64,000 nt of DNA from a virus (Duplodnaviria > Caudoviricetes), in the IMG/VR virus record IMGVR_UViG_2915650412_000004, positions 1-64,000 of that record; one strand, 5' to 3'. The position numbers and the translations under genes are program-made. The notes beneath the pieces are model-generated. The model was not told the origin of the DNA, searched no databases, and saw only the letters and a program-made list of their open reading frames with translations. Below, in pieces: positions 34,177 through 43,139 of the stretch (position 1 is its first letter; every line of letters begins with the position of its first letter).

Positions 34177-34463
34177 GCAAGGTTGAAGCGCTGCTCGACC
34201 GTTTGGCGGAAGCCACCGCCGAGTCCGACGACTACGCCGAACTGCCGCCCGAACTCGCTAAAGAGGCAAGGCTGCATGTCTGGGATGCGCATTACGCCAA
34301 TTCAGACGAACGCGCCCGCTTGGACGCGAAACTGGCCGCTTCATCGCCTGAATTTCAGGCTGCTGTCGCGGTCACCGAAACGGCGCTGGCCGAAGAGCTT
34401 GCCGCCAATAATGAGCGACGCGCCCGCGTTCGCAGAGAAAACCCATCTTATTTCAAGGACTAA
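34173..34463 (+). CDS. Satellite hypothetical helical protein
   Basis: 96 aa, coupled between 33661 and the capsid gene. Confidence 0.65.
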   Translation: MSKVEALLDRLAEATAESDDYAELPPELAKEARLHVWDAHYANSDERARLDAKLAASSPEFQAAVAVTETALAEELAANNERRARVRRENPSYFKD

Positions 34464-34465
34464 CT

Positions 34466-35557
34466 ATGACAAATCTCGCAACTATGATTTCCGATCTGGG
34501 CAATGAATTCAAAGCCAGCACCGGCGACCTTTCCTCCCGCATCAGCGAGCTCGAAAAGCGTGCGGCTCGCGAGCCTTCCGGTGATATGCTCTATGCAAAT
34601 GGCGAAACTATCGCCGACAAGATGGTAGAATCCGCAGCCTTCAAGTCGCTGGAGGGTGGTCGCGTCCGTGGCCGTGCGCACGTCGAAATGGCGGCCATCA
34701 CTTCCGGCAACACTACCGTTGGCACTGGTCGCTCCGCAGCTACTTCGCTGGTGGGTGCTGATCGCCGCCCTGGCATTGTTACACCTGCCGAGCGCGTCCT
34801 GACCGTCCGTGACCTTATCGCTCCGGGCGAAACCAGCGCGGGCTCAATCGAATACGTGAAGGAAACGGGCTTTACCAATAATGCCGCTCCCGTCGCTGAA
34901 ACGACGCAGAAGCCTTACTCCGATCTGACATTCGATCTGGTGACGGCACCGGTCCGCACGATTGCGCACCTTTTCAAACTGTCAAAGCAGATCATGGACG
35001 ATGCGCCCGGTCTCGTCAGTTATGTGAACGTGCGCGGTACGTCGGGCCTGAAGCTCAAGGAAGAGAACCAGCTTCTCTTCGGCGACGGTACAGGTCAGAA
35101 CCTTTTGGGCCTGATTCCACAGGCAACCGTATTCGATGACGCGCTACGCTCCACGGGCGACACCCGCGTTGACACTCTGCGCCGTGCTATCCAGCAGGTA
35201 CGCCGTGCCGAATACCGCGCATCCGGCATCATCATGAACCCGGACGACCTCGCCGACCTTGAACTGACCAAGGACGCCGGCGGCAACTACATTATTGTCG
35301 ATCCCGTTGAAGGCGGTCAGGGCCGAGTGTGGCGTCTGCCTATCGTGGACACCACTGCAATGCCAGCGGGTCAGTTCCTCGTTGGTGCGCTCGATACGGC
35401 TGCCCAACTTTTCGACCGTCAACAGGTGATCTTCGAAATCTCGACTGAGAACGCCGACGATTTCGAAAAGAATATGGCGACTGCTCGTATCGAAGAGCGC
35501 CTGGCTCTTGCCGTGTATCGTCCGGAAAGCATCGTTACCGGCCAGTTCGAAGCCTAA
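34466..35557 (+). CDS. HK97-fold major capsid protein paralog (satellite)
   Basis: Long identical blocks with the helper capsid (ITSGNTTVG, RDLIAPG, VKETGFTN, DDAPGL, GDGTGQNL, RIEERLALAVYRPE). Confidence 0.92.
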   Translation: MTNLATMISDLGNEFKASTGDLSSRISELEKRAAREPSGDMLYANGETIADKMVESAAFKSLEGGRVRGRAHVEMAAITSGNTTVGTGRSAATSLVGADRRPGIVTPAERVLTVRDLIAPGETSAGSIEYVKETGFTNNAAPVAETTQKPYSDLTFDLVTAPVRTIAHLFKLSKQIMDDAPGLVSYVNVRGTSGLKLKEENQLLFGDGTGQNLLGLIPQATVFDDALRSTGDTRVDTLRRAIQQVRRAEYRASGIIMNPDDLADLELTKDAGGNYIIVDPVEGGQGRVWRLPIVDTTAMPAGQFLVGALDTAAQLFDRQQVIFEISTENADDFEKNMATARIEERLALAVYRPESIVTGQFEA

Positions 35558-35721
35558 TCACGTTCAGGCGCCGTGAATGTCCGGCTGGCCCTGTCGGCAA
35601 GTTATGGAGCGCGGCGCCGTCCTCCTGAGAGCGCTTCACAACATGGGCACGCCGCTGGCTGGAGTCCCCCGCTTTCGAGCGCGCAGCCAGCGGCTCTTCC
35701 TTTTCAAGAATGGAGATATCA

Positions 35722-35931
35722 ATGCCTGTAGGCAGACTAAAAGCATGGCGTAACGGCTATGGCTTTCTCACAACGGACAACGGTTCGGACATGTTCGTCC
35801 ATATCACCGCATTCCAATTCGCGGGCGAAGAGCCAGAAGTGGGTGCCTTTTACTCGTACAAGGCCGGGATGTTTAAGGACAAGATTATCGCGACCCATCT
35901 GAAGCGTGTGGATGATCATGGCGACGGGTAA
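35722..35931 (+). CDS. Cold-shock domain protein
   Basis: GRLKAW...GYGFL...DMFVHITAF. Confidence 0.85.
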   Translation: MPVGRLKAWRNGYGFLTTDNGSDMFVHITAFQFAGEEPEVGAFYSYKAGMFKDKIIATHLKRVDDHGDG

Positions 35932-36148
35932 GGTCCTCTTTTTCCACAATGGCTACGGCTTCATCGCTGCCGAGCCTTGCAACGTTTTCTTCCATCGCGC
36001 TGCCGTCGATGGCGATGTGCCAAAGGCTGGCGATATGGTCCGCTACGATGCCATGCCAAGTGGCAGGAGTAGCCCTAAGGCGAACAGCGTTCGCGTCATC
36101 GACCAGGACGTCTTGGCCGAAGCTGAGCGGGTGTTTGGGTCGCAATGA
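35918..36148 (+). CDS. Cold-shock domain protein (divergent)
   Basis: TGKVLFF.NGYGFI...NVFFH...GDMVRY...KANSV. Confidence 0.75.
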   Translation: MATGKVLFFHNGYGFIAAEPCNVFFHRAAVDGDVPKAGDMVRYDAMPSGRSSPKANSVRVIDQDVLAEAERVFGSQ

Positions 36149-36441
36149 GTAGAGGTGAAAGCGCAGCTTGGCAGCACCTTTATAAGCGGTCGAGATGGAT
36201 CAAGATGCGTGAGCGACATCTGATGCAGTCGCCCTTGTGCGTTTATTGCCTTGAGGTTGGCAACGTGGAGCCTGCCACGATTTGTGATCATCGCACCCCG
36301 CATAGAGGGAGCGAGGATCTCTTCTGGGACGCTGACAATCTCATGTCCCTTTGCAAGCCCTGTCATGATCGGATCAAGCAGCGCGAAGAACGCGGAGAGA
36401 AGGTCATTCGATTTGGCGCGGACGGATACCCCATCGAGTGA
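36145..36441 (+). CDS. Terminase-associated HNH endonuclease (satellite)
   Basis: CVYC...ICDHRTPHRG...NLMSLCKPCHD; paralog of 28692-28982. Confidence 0.88.
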   Translation: MSRGESAAWQHLYKRSRWIKMRERHLMQSPLCVYCLEVGNVEPATICDHRTPHRGSEDLFWDADNLMSLCKPCHDRIKQREERGEKVIRFGADGYPIE

Positions 36442-36540
36442 CCACCCACCCATAAGGGGGGCAATCGAAGTCTGGAAGCCGCTCGCTCTAGGAGCGGCCC
36501 GGACCCACAACGCATACACGTGCTGCCCCGGTTCAAATAA
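36439..36540 (+). promoter_or_regulatory. Putative satellite cos/packaging region
   Basis: Same HNH-terS position and shared sequence blocks as 28980-29065. Confidence 0.55.
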
Positions 36541-36554
36541 AAATTGGAGGCTCA

Positions 36555-36911
36555 ATGCCCAAAAACCCCACAAATTCAGCGGTCAAACCGCCAAAACACC
36601 TGCGAAAACCAACGCAAAATTGGTTCAAATCTGTAATAGACGACTTCGATTTGGAGCCTCATCATATCAAATTGCTAACTCTTGCTGCTGATGCGTGGGA
36701 TCGGGCGGTCTCTGCGCGCGAAGTAATCGACGCGGATGGGATGACTTACACCGACCGTTTCGGGCAGCCGAAGCCACGCCCAGAAGTCGCAATCGAGCGT
36801 GACTCCCGCATCGGCTTCACCCGCCTTATTCGCGAGCTTGCTTTGGATGGCGTGGATGCTCCAGAAACGCCGCGCCCACCGCGCACTGCCGACTACGGGA
36901 ATAGGCGCTGA
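36555..36911 (+). CDS. terS: Terminase small subunit, P27-like (satellite)
   Basis: PPKHL...W...GMTYTDRFGQPKPRPEVAIERDS...RELAL. Confidence 0.82.
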   Translation: MPKNPTNSAVKPPKHLRKPTQNWFKSVIDDFDLEPHHIKLLTLAADAWDRAVSAREVIDADGMTYTDRFGQPKPRPEVAIERDSRIGFTRLIRELALDGVDAPETPRPPRTADYGNRR

Positions 36912-37147
36912 TGCCCGTTCGTCGCAAAGCCGATAGACGACGCACGACGTTTCTGTTTGAAGATTGGGGGGAATTCCTCGGCACCGGCATCGACATGTTC
37001 TCCGATCTTCACCACGCCGGGATTACGGTCGACCACGAGCCGCCGCCACGCGAACTGGCCGAACAGGCTTGGCGCGCTCTTGGTGCGCAGATTGTCTCCG
37101 CCTATGGCACCGAGTGCTGGGGCGCGCGCGAATTTGGGCAATCCTGA
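36911..37147 (+). CDS. Satellite hypothetical protein
   Basis: 78 aa, starts MPVRRKADRRR. Confidence 0.6.
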   Translation: MPVRRKADRRRTTFLFEDWGEFLGTGIDMFSDLHHAGITVDHEPPPRELAEQAWRALGAQIVSAYGTECWGAREFGQS

Positions 37148-37419
37148 TGCCGGTTCGGAAAAGACACAACCGGCGAGCCGACCGAGTGGATTTCGAGATT
37201 ACGCCTGAAATACGCGCCGCGTTTGAAGCCTACATCGAAAGCGAACCCGTCGAGGGTGGCGGTTGGCGTGAGCATTGGCGTTTGCACGATCTACTGCATG
37301 AGGCGGGCGTCTTGAGGCTGCCATATTGCCCGCCGTGCTGCTTCCATCCACAGGATCACGGAACCAGATGGCAATATGCGCCCCATGCTGTGGCCATCTA
37401 CCGCCATCTTTCACAGTAA
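37147..37419 (+). CDS. Satellite hypothetical protein
   Basis: Start moved to MPVRKRHNRRA (coupled); similar N-terminus to the preceding ORF. Confidence 0.55.
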   Translation: MPVRKRHNRRADRVDFEITPEIRAAFEAYIESEPVEGGGWREHWRLHDLLHEAGVLRLPYCPPCCFHPQDHGTRWQYAPHAVAIYRHLSQ

Positions 37420-37421
37420 AT

Positions 37422-37445
37422 GCCCGCCGTTGAGCGGGCTTTTTT
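37422..37445 (+). terminator. Rho-independent terminator
   Basis: GCCCGC-cgttga-GCGGGC-TTTTTT. Confidence 0.7.
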
Positions 37446-37458
37446 ATGAGGTACATTC

Positions 37459-37827
37459 ATGTCCGATAAGCCTTTTTCACAGATTACGCAGCCATTTGGC
37501 GACGGCGAATATAACTTCGCGCTGACTTGGGATGGCGCGATTGAGTGGGAAGAAAAAACGAGCCGTAGCCTTTATGGCACCTTCAAATTTATGGCCGAAC
37601 ATCAAAGTGGATTGGTTGCCGATGTGCGCGAAATTATCCGCATCGCATTAGTCGGTGGCGGACTGGCTCCGATACGGGCTCTGTCGCTGGTCAAGCGATA
37701 TGTGGAGGGGCGTCCGCTTGATGAAAGCCTACCCGTCGCACTGAGCGCAATCGAGGCTTTCCTTTTCGGTCCCGACGATAAATCCGGCGACACCGCCAAG
37801 ACGGGAGAAGTCCCAGCCGATGGCTAA
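37459..37827 (+). CDS. Tail assembly chaperone-like protein (GTA gp10-like), satellite copy
   Basis: FGDGEYNFALTW...IRIALVGGGL...ALSLVKRYVE aligns with helper 54756-55196. Confidence 0.78.
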   Translation: MSDKPFSQITQPFGDGEYNFALTWDGAIEWEEKTSRSLYGTFKFMAEHQSGLVADVREIIRIALVGGGLAPIRALSLVKRYVEGRPLDESLPVALSAIEAFLFGPDDKSGDTAKTGEVPADG

Positions 37828-38260
37828 GAAATGGCACGCATCGGCAGCGTTCAAAAAGAGGCTGGCGAAGCTGCCGGCATCTGTTCTCAAAAGGACCAAT
37901 GAGGCCATCAAGAAGAACGCCGAGGAATGGGTGGACTGGGCGCAGAAGATGGCCCCGGAAGACCCGAAAGACGGCATTCATCTGAGGCCTTCGATCCGCA
38001 ATTACGAATCTGAAACCGGCGGCCAGGTGGTTCGTGCAGGTGGCGAGGCGACAACCGTGAACGGTTACGATTATGCCCTTGGCGTCGAGTTTGGAACCGC
38101 GCCTCACATCGCAGGCGGTCAATTCGAAGGTGCGCATCATCCGGGTACGTCAGGGCAGCCGTTCTTTTGGCCCTCATATCGAATGCTGCGAAAGCGAATG
38201 TCTGGTCGTCGCCGACGCGCACTGAATCAAGCCGTGAAGGATTTCAACGATGGCAAGTGA
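37820..38260 (+). CDS. HK97 gp10-like neck/tail completion protein, satellite copy
   Basis: AQKMAP, YALGVEFGT, PGTSGQPFFWPS; paralog of 52529-52996. Confidence 0.8.
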   Translation: MAKKWHASAAFKKRLAKLPASVLKRTNEAIKKNAEEWVDWAQKMAPEDPKDGIHLRPSIRNYESETGGQVVRAGGEATTVNGYDYALGVEFGTAPHIAGGQFEGAHHPGTSGQPFFWPSYRMLRKRMSGRRRRALNQAVKDFNDGK

Positions 38261-40466
38261 ACCCGCCCTCTATGCTCGTATGGAAATGCGCGTGAAAGAT
38301 GCCGAGAAGCAACTGGCGAAGTTCAGTCAGCGACTCGACCAATCGGCCGGCAGCATGGAGCGGCGATGGAGCCGTGCCTCCAAAAACATGCAGACGTCAA
38401 TGTCAAAGGCATTCGGCGGCAGCAGTTTGGCGAAGGGCATTTTTGCGGGCGTTTCGGCTGCGGGCGCAAAAGAACTGATTGACGCCGCTATCCGTATCGA
38501 GAATGCGTTGAAAGTGGCCGGCCTGTCTGGCCAGCAATTGAATGACGTATATGACCGCCTGTTTCAGAGTGCGACCAAAAACGCAGCGCCACTTGAAACA
38601 CTGGTCACGCTGTACGGCCGCGTTTCCTTGGTCCAAAAGAACCTCGGTGCATCGACCGAAGATCTTTTGAAATTCACCGATAGTATCGCCATGGCGCTAC
38701 GGGTGGCAGGCACTAGCCCGGAACAGGCCAGCGGCGCTTTGCTCCAGCTTTCGCAGGCTCTCGGCAGCGGGACGGTGAGAGCAGAAGAATTCAATTCTAT
38801 GATGGAAGGCGGTTTGCCGATCCTTCAAGCCGCGGCAGCGGGCATCAAAGAGGCTGGCGGCGATGTCGCGAAGTTGCGCAACATCATGCTGGACGGTGAA
38901 TTATCTTCAAAGGCGCTCTTCAAAGGCATTGAGGCCGGAACGCCCATTCTGGAAGAGCGGCTCGCGGGCGCTGTTCTGACAATTGATCAGCGCATGACGA
39001 ATCTGAAAACGGCGCTGGTCGATGCGGCGAAGCGCTTTAATAACTCGACGGAGGCAGCCAATACCTTCGGCACCGCCATCGACAATACCGCTGCGTTTAT
39101 CAACAATATCAACTTTGAGACGTTCATCTCCAAGATAAATCAGGTTGTGGAGGCTTTTGCCAGAGGCCAGGCGGCTGCCAATAACTTTGCCAATGACGTT
39201 GGCGCGGCTCTCGGTCTGGATAATATCGGCAAGTTGCTAACCGGCGGCGAAGCGCAGAAGAGCTTCCTTGGTGGTGCGTTGACGATTACGTCATCGAAAG
39301 TTATTCAAGACCGCATTACCGATGCATTCAAGGGCGGTGCAGTCGAGGGCAGTGCCGAAATGGACAAGGTTCTGCGCGAGAAGTACGGGAAAGGCGCCCG
39401 CCTTAAGCCAGAAAGTACAAACCCCGGCACCACTGCGCAATTCACCCCAGTATCCATCAAGGATTTCCCCGCAGACGGTGCCGGCAAGGATAAGAAGAAG
39501 AAAAGCGGCAGCAAAACCCACGCCAAAACCGCTGACCAGCAGATCGATAGCGACATTCAGTCGGTCCGCGATCGAATTGCAGCGATGCAGCTTGAAACGC
39601 AGCTTGTAGGCAAGTCGTATCAGGAGCAGGAAAAGCGGCGTATGTCGCTGGAGCTGGAGCAGGCAGCACTCGCCAAGCTTCGTGACGAGGCGATCAAGAA
39701 AGGTCAGACTGACCTTTCGAATATCAAGATTTCAGAAGAAACACGCGGCAAGATTGACGCTGTGTCCGAGGCTTATGCAAGGCAAGCAGAAGAACTTCGC
39801 CGAGTTCAAGACCAGCAAGACCGAGCAGAGCAGGCGGCAGACGATTTCTACGATACGTTCAAAAGCAGCACGGTGGGCGCAATTACCGGCGCTAATAGCC
39901 TTGCCGACGCATTGCAGAACATTGCGAATAAGCTGGCAGACCTCTTCTTGAGTGCAGGTTTCGATGCCTTGTTTAAGCCATCTTCTGGCGGGGTCGGAGG
40001 CGGTGCCTTCGGAAGTATATTCAGCGGGCTGGGCAAGCTCATCGGCTTTGACAGCGGCGGCTACACGGGCCCCGGTGGCGTTAAGCAGCCAGCAGGCGTC
40101 GTTCACAAAGGTGAGGTCGTATGGTCCCAAGATGACATTCGCCGCGCCGGAGGCGTCGGTAAGGTCGAAGCCATGCGTCGCGGCCTTGCTGGTTACGAGC
40201 GGGGCGGGGCGGTGAGTATGCCTTCACTATCGGCACCGCGTATGCCCGACCTTTCGCGCATCACGAACAACAGTAATAGCACGGTCAACAGCGCGCCTGT
40301 GATTAACGTGACTGTGAATGGGGCTACTGGCGATAAGGAAATTGAGGCTCGCGCTTTCTCTGGCGCCCAGAGAGCGATCATGCAGTGGCAAAAAACGCCG
40401 TATTTCGCCCAAGCCGTTGCTGGCGGCGTTAAACAGGCAAATAAGCGCGGGATGCTACCCCGCTAA
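38250..40466 (+). CDS. Tape measure protein, satellite copy (738 aa)
   Basis: LLQLSQALGSGTVRAEEFNS tape-measure motif; GFDSGGYTGPGG...HKGEVV C-terminal motif. Confidence 0.88.
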   Translation: MASEPALYARMEMRVKDAEKQLAKFSQRLDQSAGSMERRWSRASKNMQTSMSKAFGGSSLAKGIFAGVSAAGAKELIDAAIRIENALKVAGLSGQQLNDVYDRLFQSATKNAAPLETLVTLYGRVSLVQKNLGASTEDLLKFTDSIAMALRVAGTSPEQASGALLQLSQALGSGTVRAEEFNSMMEGGLPILQAAAAGIKEAGGDVAKLRNIMLDGELSSKALFKGIEAGTPILEERLAGAVLTIDQRMTNLKTALVDAAKRFNNSTEAANTFGTAIDNTAAFINNINFETFISKINQVVEAFARGQAAANNFANDVGAALGLDNIGKLLTGGEAQKSFLGGALTITSSKVIQDRITDAFKGGAVEGSAEMDKVLREKYGKGARLKPESTNPGTTAQFTPVSIKDFPADGAGKDKKKKSGSKTHAKTADQQIDSDIQSVRDRIAAMQLETQLVGKSYQEQEKRRMSLELEQAALAKLRDEAIKKGQTDLSNIKISEETRGKIDAVSEAYARQAEELRRVQDQQDRAEQAADDFYDTFKSSTVGAITGANSLADALQNIANKLADLFLSAGFDALFKPSSGGVGGGAFGSIFSGLGKLIGFDSGGYTGPGGVKQPAGVVHKGEVVWSQDDIRRAGGVGKVEAMRRGLAGYERGGAVSMPSLSAPRMPDLSRITNNSNSTVNSAPVINVTVNGATGDKEIEARAFSGAQRAIMQWQKTPYFAQAVAGGVKQANKRGMLPR

Positions 40467-40533
40467 GCGTATTGGATGCCCTTCGGGGTGTCCTGTAACC
40501 GCCTATTGATATTGATGATTGGCGCCTGTCGCA

Positions 40534-40548
40534 GAACGTGATTGGAAC
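40534..40548 (+). promoter_or_regulatory. LexA box upstream of the TA pair
   Basis: GAAC-gtgattg-GAAC (GAAC-N7-GAAC). Confidence 0.55.
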
Positions 40549-40614
40549 AATTCTCAGGCGTTCCTATATAAAACGCTGAACATGTATGAAAAATGTACAG
40601 GTCAGCTAAGCTTG

Positions 40615-40649
40615 CGTGCTACGAAACGAGACGCGAGTTTCGTAGCACG
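40615..40649. repeat. Perfect 13-bp inverted repeat upstream of the TA pair
   Basis: CGTGCTACGAAAC-N9-GTTTCGTAGCACG. Confidence 0.7.
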
Positions 40650-40716
40650 TTGCTTAACATTCGTCAATATGTTAAGTGATGGCATTAACTGAACACCAGA
40701 CAGAAAGGAACGTGCA

Positions 40717-40911
40717 ATGGCAGTTATCTCAAGCGCGTTCGGTCAGGTGAAATTGACCGATGACGACGCTAAGAAGTTTCGTAATCAGGTGACATTCGGT
40801 AAACCAAAAGCAGCCGCACATGAGACTGTCAAGAAAGGGCGCGAGCTCTTCAAGGAGTTTCAGGGCAAGGGTAAAGTGAAGTTTACCGTCAAGGCAGCCA
40901 CGGGGGAATAG
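40717..40911 (+). CDS. Putative antitoxin (64 aa)
   Basis: Small ORF abutting the GNAT gene; VKLTDDDAKKF resembles the toxin-binding end of DUF1778 antitoxins. Confidence 0.65.
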   Translation: MAVISSAFGQVKLTDDDAKKFRNQVTFGKPKAAAHETVKKGRELFKEFQGKGKVKFTVKAATGE

Positions 40912-41442
40912 TTGCCGAACGACGAATTCGAAGTTGAACTAAGACTGATAGAGCCCAGTGATAAAGTCACTGGGCTTTCTCTTGGCAGTGAGGAGTTCAC
41001 GCCGCTGAAGATGTTTATTCAGCGGAAAGCCAAGGATTATCAGGTCAATAGTTTTGCCAGGACTTATGGTCTGTTTGGCCCTGAGGCGAAACTGATCGGT
41101 TATATCACGCTCATCTGCGGCGAGATCCTGACAAAGACGCCCCAGGACGTGATTCCGCCAGAACAGATCTACGACTACAAAACATTTCCATCTGTGAAGA
41201 TTGCCCGCCTTGCCGTCGACAGACGATATCAGGGCAAGGGACTGGGCGATTATCTGGTTTCTTTTGCGATAGGTGTTGTCAAGGACGCGATTGCGCCTCA
41301 CGTCGGTTGTCGTTTCGTCGTTGTTGATTCGAAACAGTCAGCGGTGAGGTTTTATGAGCGTCTCGGCTTCACGCTGCTTGATACAGCTACGAACAGGGCC
41401 AACGAACAGCCGGTGATGTATCTCGACATCCTTAAAGCCTGA
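40912..41442 (+). CDS. GNAT-family toxin (AtaT/TacT-like)
   Basis: IGYITL, PSVKIARLAVDRRYQGKGLGDYL, FVVVDSK...AVRFYERLGF. Confidence 0.85.
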   Translation: MPNDEFEVELRLIEPSDKVTGLSLGSEEFTPLKMFIQRKAKDYQVNSFARTYGLFGPEAKLIGYITLICGEILTKTPQDVIPPEQIYDYKTFPSVKIARLAVDRRYQGKGLGDYLVSFAIGVVKDAIAPHVGCRFVVVDSKQSAVRFYERLGFTLLDTATNRANEQPVMYLDILKA

Positions 41443-41625
41443 TTAGCGTTGATTTCTCAATGATGCGTTCCTGAGCGCCCGTCGTAGGGCGTTTCACCCG
41501 GGATTCCTGTGAACATCCCCTAGCATCAGGGCGGCGCGGGTTGTGCAGGTGGTCCCTTCCAATCATTCTACCTTGGGGCGAGACAGGGAGATAAATGCAA
41601 CCTAACTCACCAAAGCGAGATCACC

Positions 41626-41856
41626 ATGAATACCATTCCTTACACCGCGTCTCTTTCCTGCGGCACTTGCGGCACAAAGGGCGTTCGAATTGACGACGAT
41701 GCGGACGAAAATTCCATCGTTAGATGTAAGAATCCCGACTGCGACACAACTTTCGGCACTTGGGGAGATGTCCGAAAAATGGTTCGCGAAAAAACGGCGA
41801 AGAAAGCCAAGGATGACATCGTTGCATCGCTGAGAAAATCTCTGCGGAAGAGATGA
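41626..41856 (+). CDS. Small Zn-ribbon protein
   Basis: CGTCG...CKNPDC. Confidence 0.65.
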   Translation: MNTIPYTASLSCGTCGTKGVRIDDDADENSIVRCKNPDCDTTFGTWGDVRKMVREKTAKKAKDDIVASLRKSLRKR

Positions 41857-41930
41857 CGTGCGGCGCCCTTCGGGGCGTCTCAACGTCAACTATAGATTGA
41901 TTATTCCACCGAGAACAATTATTCAACCTC

Positions 41931-43109
41931 TTGGTGGAGGGGCTTGTGAAAAAACTAACAATTCGTTATCGGCGCCGGCTTTTATATTGGGCTAACAAAA
42001 GGTCGCGCAAGAAAAACTCAGGCACGGCCAAATTTGGTTATGTTCTGAGCGCAGATAGATTCGACCAAGTAAGGCTACCGTCAAACGCGATACAGATGCC
42101 GAAAGTGTTTTGTTTAGTGCAAAACACCGAACAAACGCTGTCGTTTCTGGAAAAAACGAGGCAGCGGTTGCTTGCCCCCCCATTGTCTGGAACGAGGTCT
42201 CTCGCGGCACATGTAACTGGGAAAAGGAAAAATAAATCCGCGCCGCGATGGATAGGCCCTTATGTTGACTTTACAACCATAGAATTCATCAGCCCAGCCG
42301 CGGCTCTGGTGCTTGCTGCGGAATATCACAGGGCTGTTCTACTGAAAGAACAGAGCACGAAGAATATTTCTCGGCTGTTCTTGGTCGACGTTCATAAATG
42401 GAAGGCAAATGTAATAGAGAGCTTGATTGAAGTAGGATTCTTTGAGCTTTTGAAAATCACTGAAGGTGTACAGGCGCCAGAAGAGGGGGACCGGAAAATT
42501 CTAAAACTTCGCAGTGGCAGTCGAAATCAAGCTGATGAAGTGGATGGATTGCTCAATAGTATTGAGGAAATGTTCAGTGGTGTAGGTTTGAACGCCAACG
42601 ATGCGTGCTTTGAACTTAACGGCGCATTGGGCGAGGCAATGGAGAATGCAGTCCGTTGTGCCTATCCAACTGAAATTTCTTTTGGCCGACCTCATGTTTC
42701 AAAGTGGTGGATGACAGGATCACTTTCGAAGGCTCAGCGTCAAATGACTGTGGCGATATATGATCAGGGAGTATCTATACCAGGTTCGCTTAGTAGTTGG
42801 CAGCTTTACGGTGGATTCCTAAACCGATTTCTAAGGAAGTTCGGTATGGCAAGAGATAGCGCCGACCCCAGATTTGATGGAGATGTCATCGCACTGGCAA
42901 TCGATGAATCTGTTACGTCTACGGGATTGCAAAAACATGGTAAGGGTTTGGGTCATATAAAGGCTTTTATCGATTCCTGTAGCGCTGGCAGTCTGTTAAT
43001 TATAAGTAGGCAGGGAATGTATATATATGAAAAAGGGAAGCCGCCTCTCACGTACAATTTACCGATAAGATTATCAGGTACATTGATCCAGTGGAACGTT
43101 GTAATTTAA
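41931..43109 (+). CDS. Histidine-kinase-like (GHKL) ATPase domain protein
   Basis: LGEAMENAVRCAY (N box), AIYDQGVSIPGSL (G1), GKGLGHI (G2), GTLIQW; AT-rich; start uncertain. Confidence 0.78.
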   Translation: MVEGLVKKLTIRYRRRLLYWANKRSRKKNSGTAKFGYVLSADRFDQVRLPSNAIQMPKVFCLVQNTEQTLSFLEKTRQRLLAPPLSGTRSLAAHVTGKRKNKSAPRWIGPYVDFTTIEFISPAAALVLAAEYHRAVLLKEQSTKNISRLFLVDVHKWKANVIESLIEVGFFELLKITEGVQAPEEGDRKILKLRSGSRNQADEVDGLLNSIEEMFSGVGLNANDACFELNGALGEAMENAVRCAYPTEISFGRPHVSKWWMTGSLSKAQRQMTVAIYDQGVSIPGSLSSWQLYGGFLNRFLRKFGMARDSADPRFDGDVIALAIDESVTSTGLQKHGKGLGHIKAFIDSCSAGSLLIISRQGMYIYEKGKPPLTYNLPIRLSGTLIQWNVVI

Positions 43110-43139
43110 TGGGAGTTAACCTTTAGAAGGTTAAATCAA

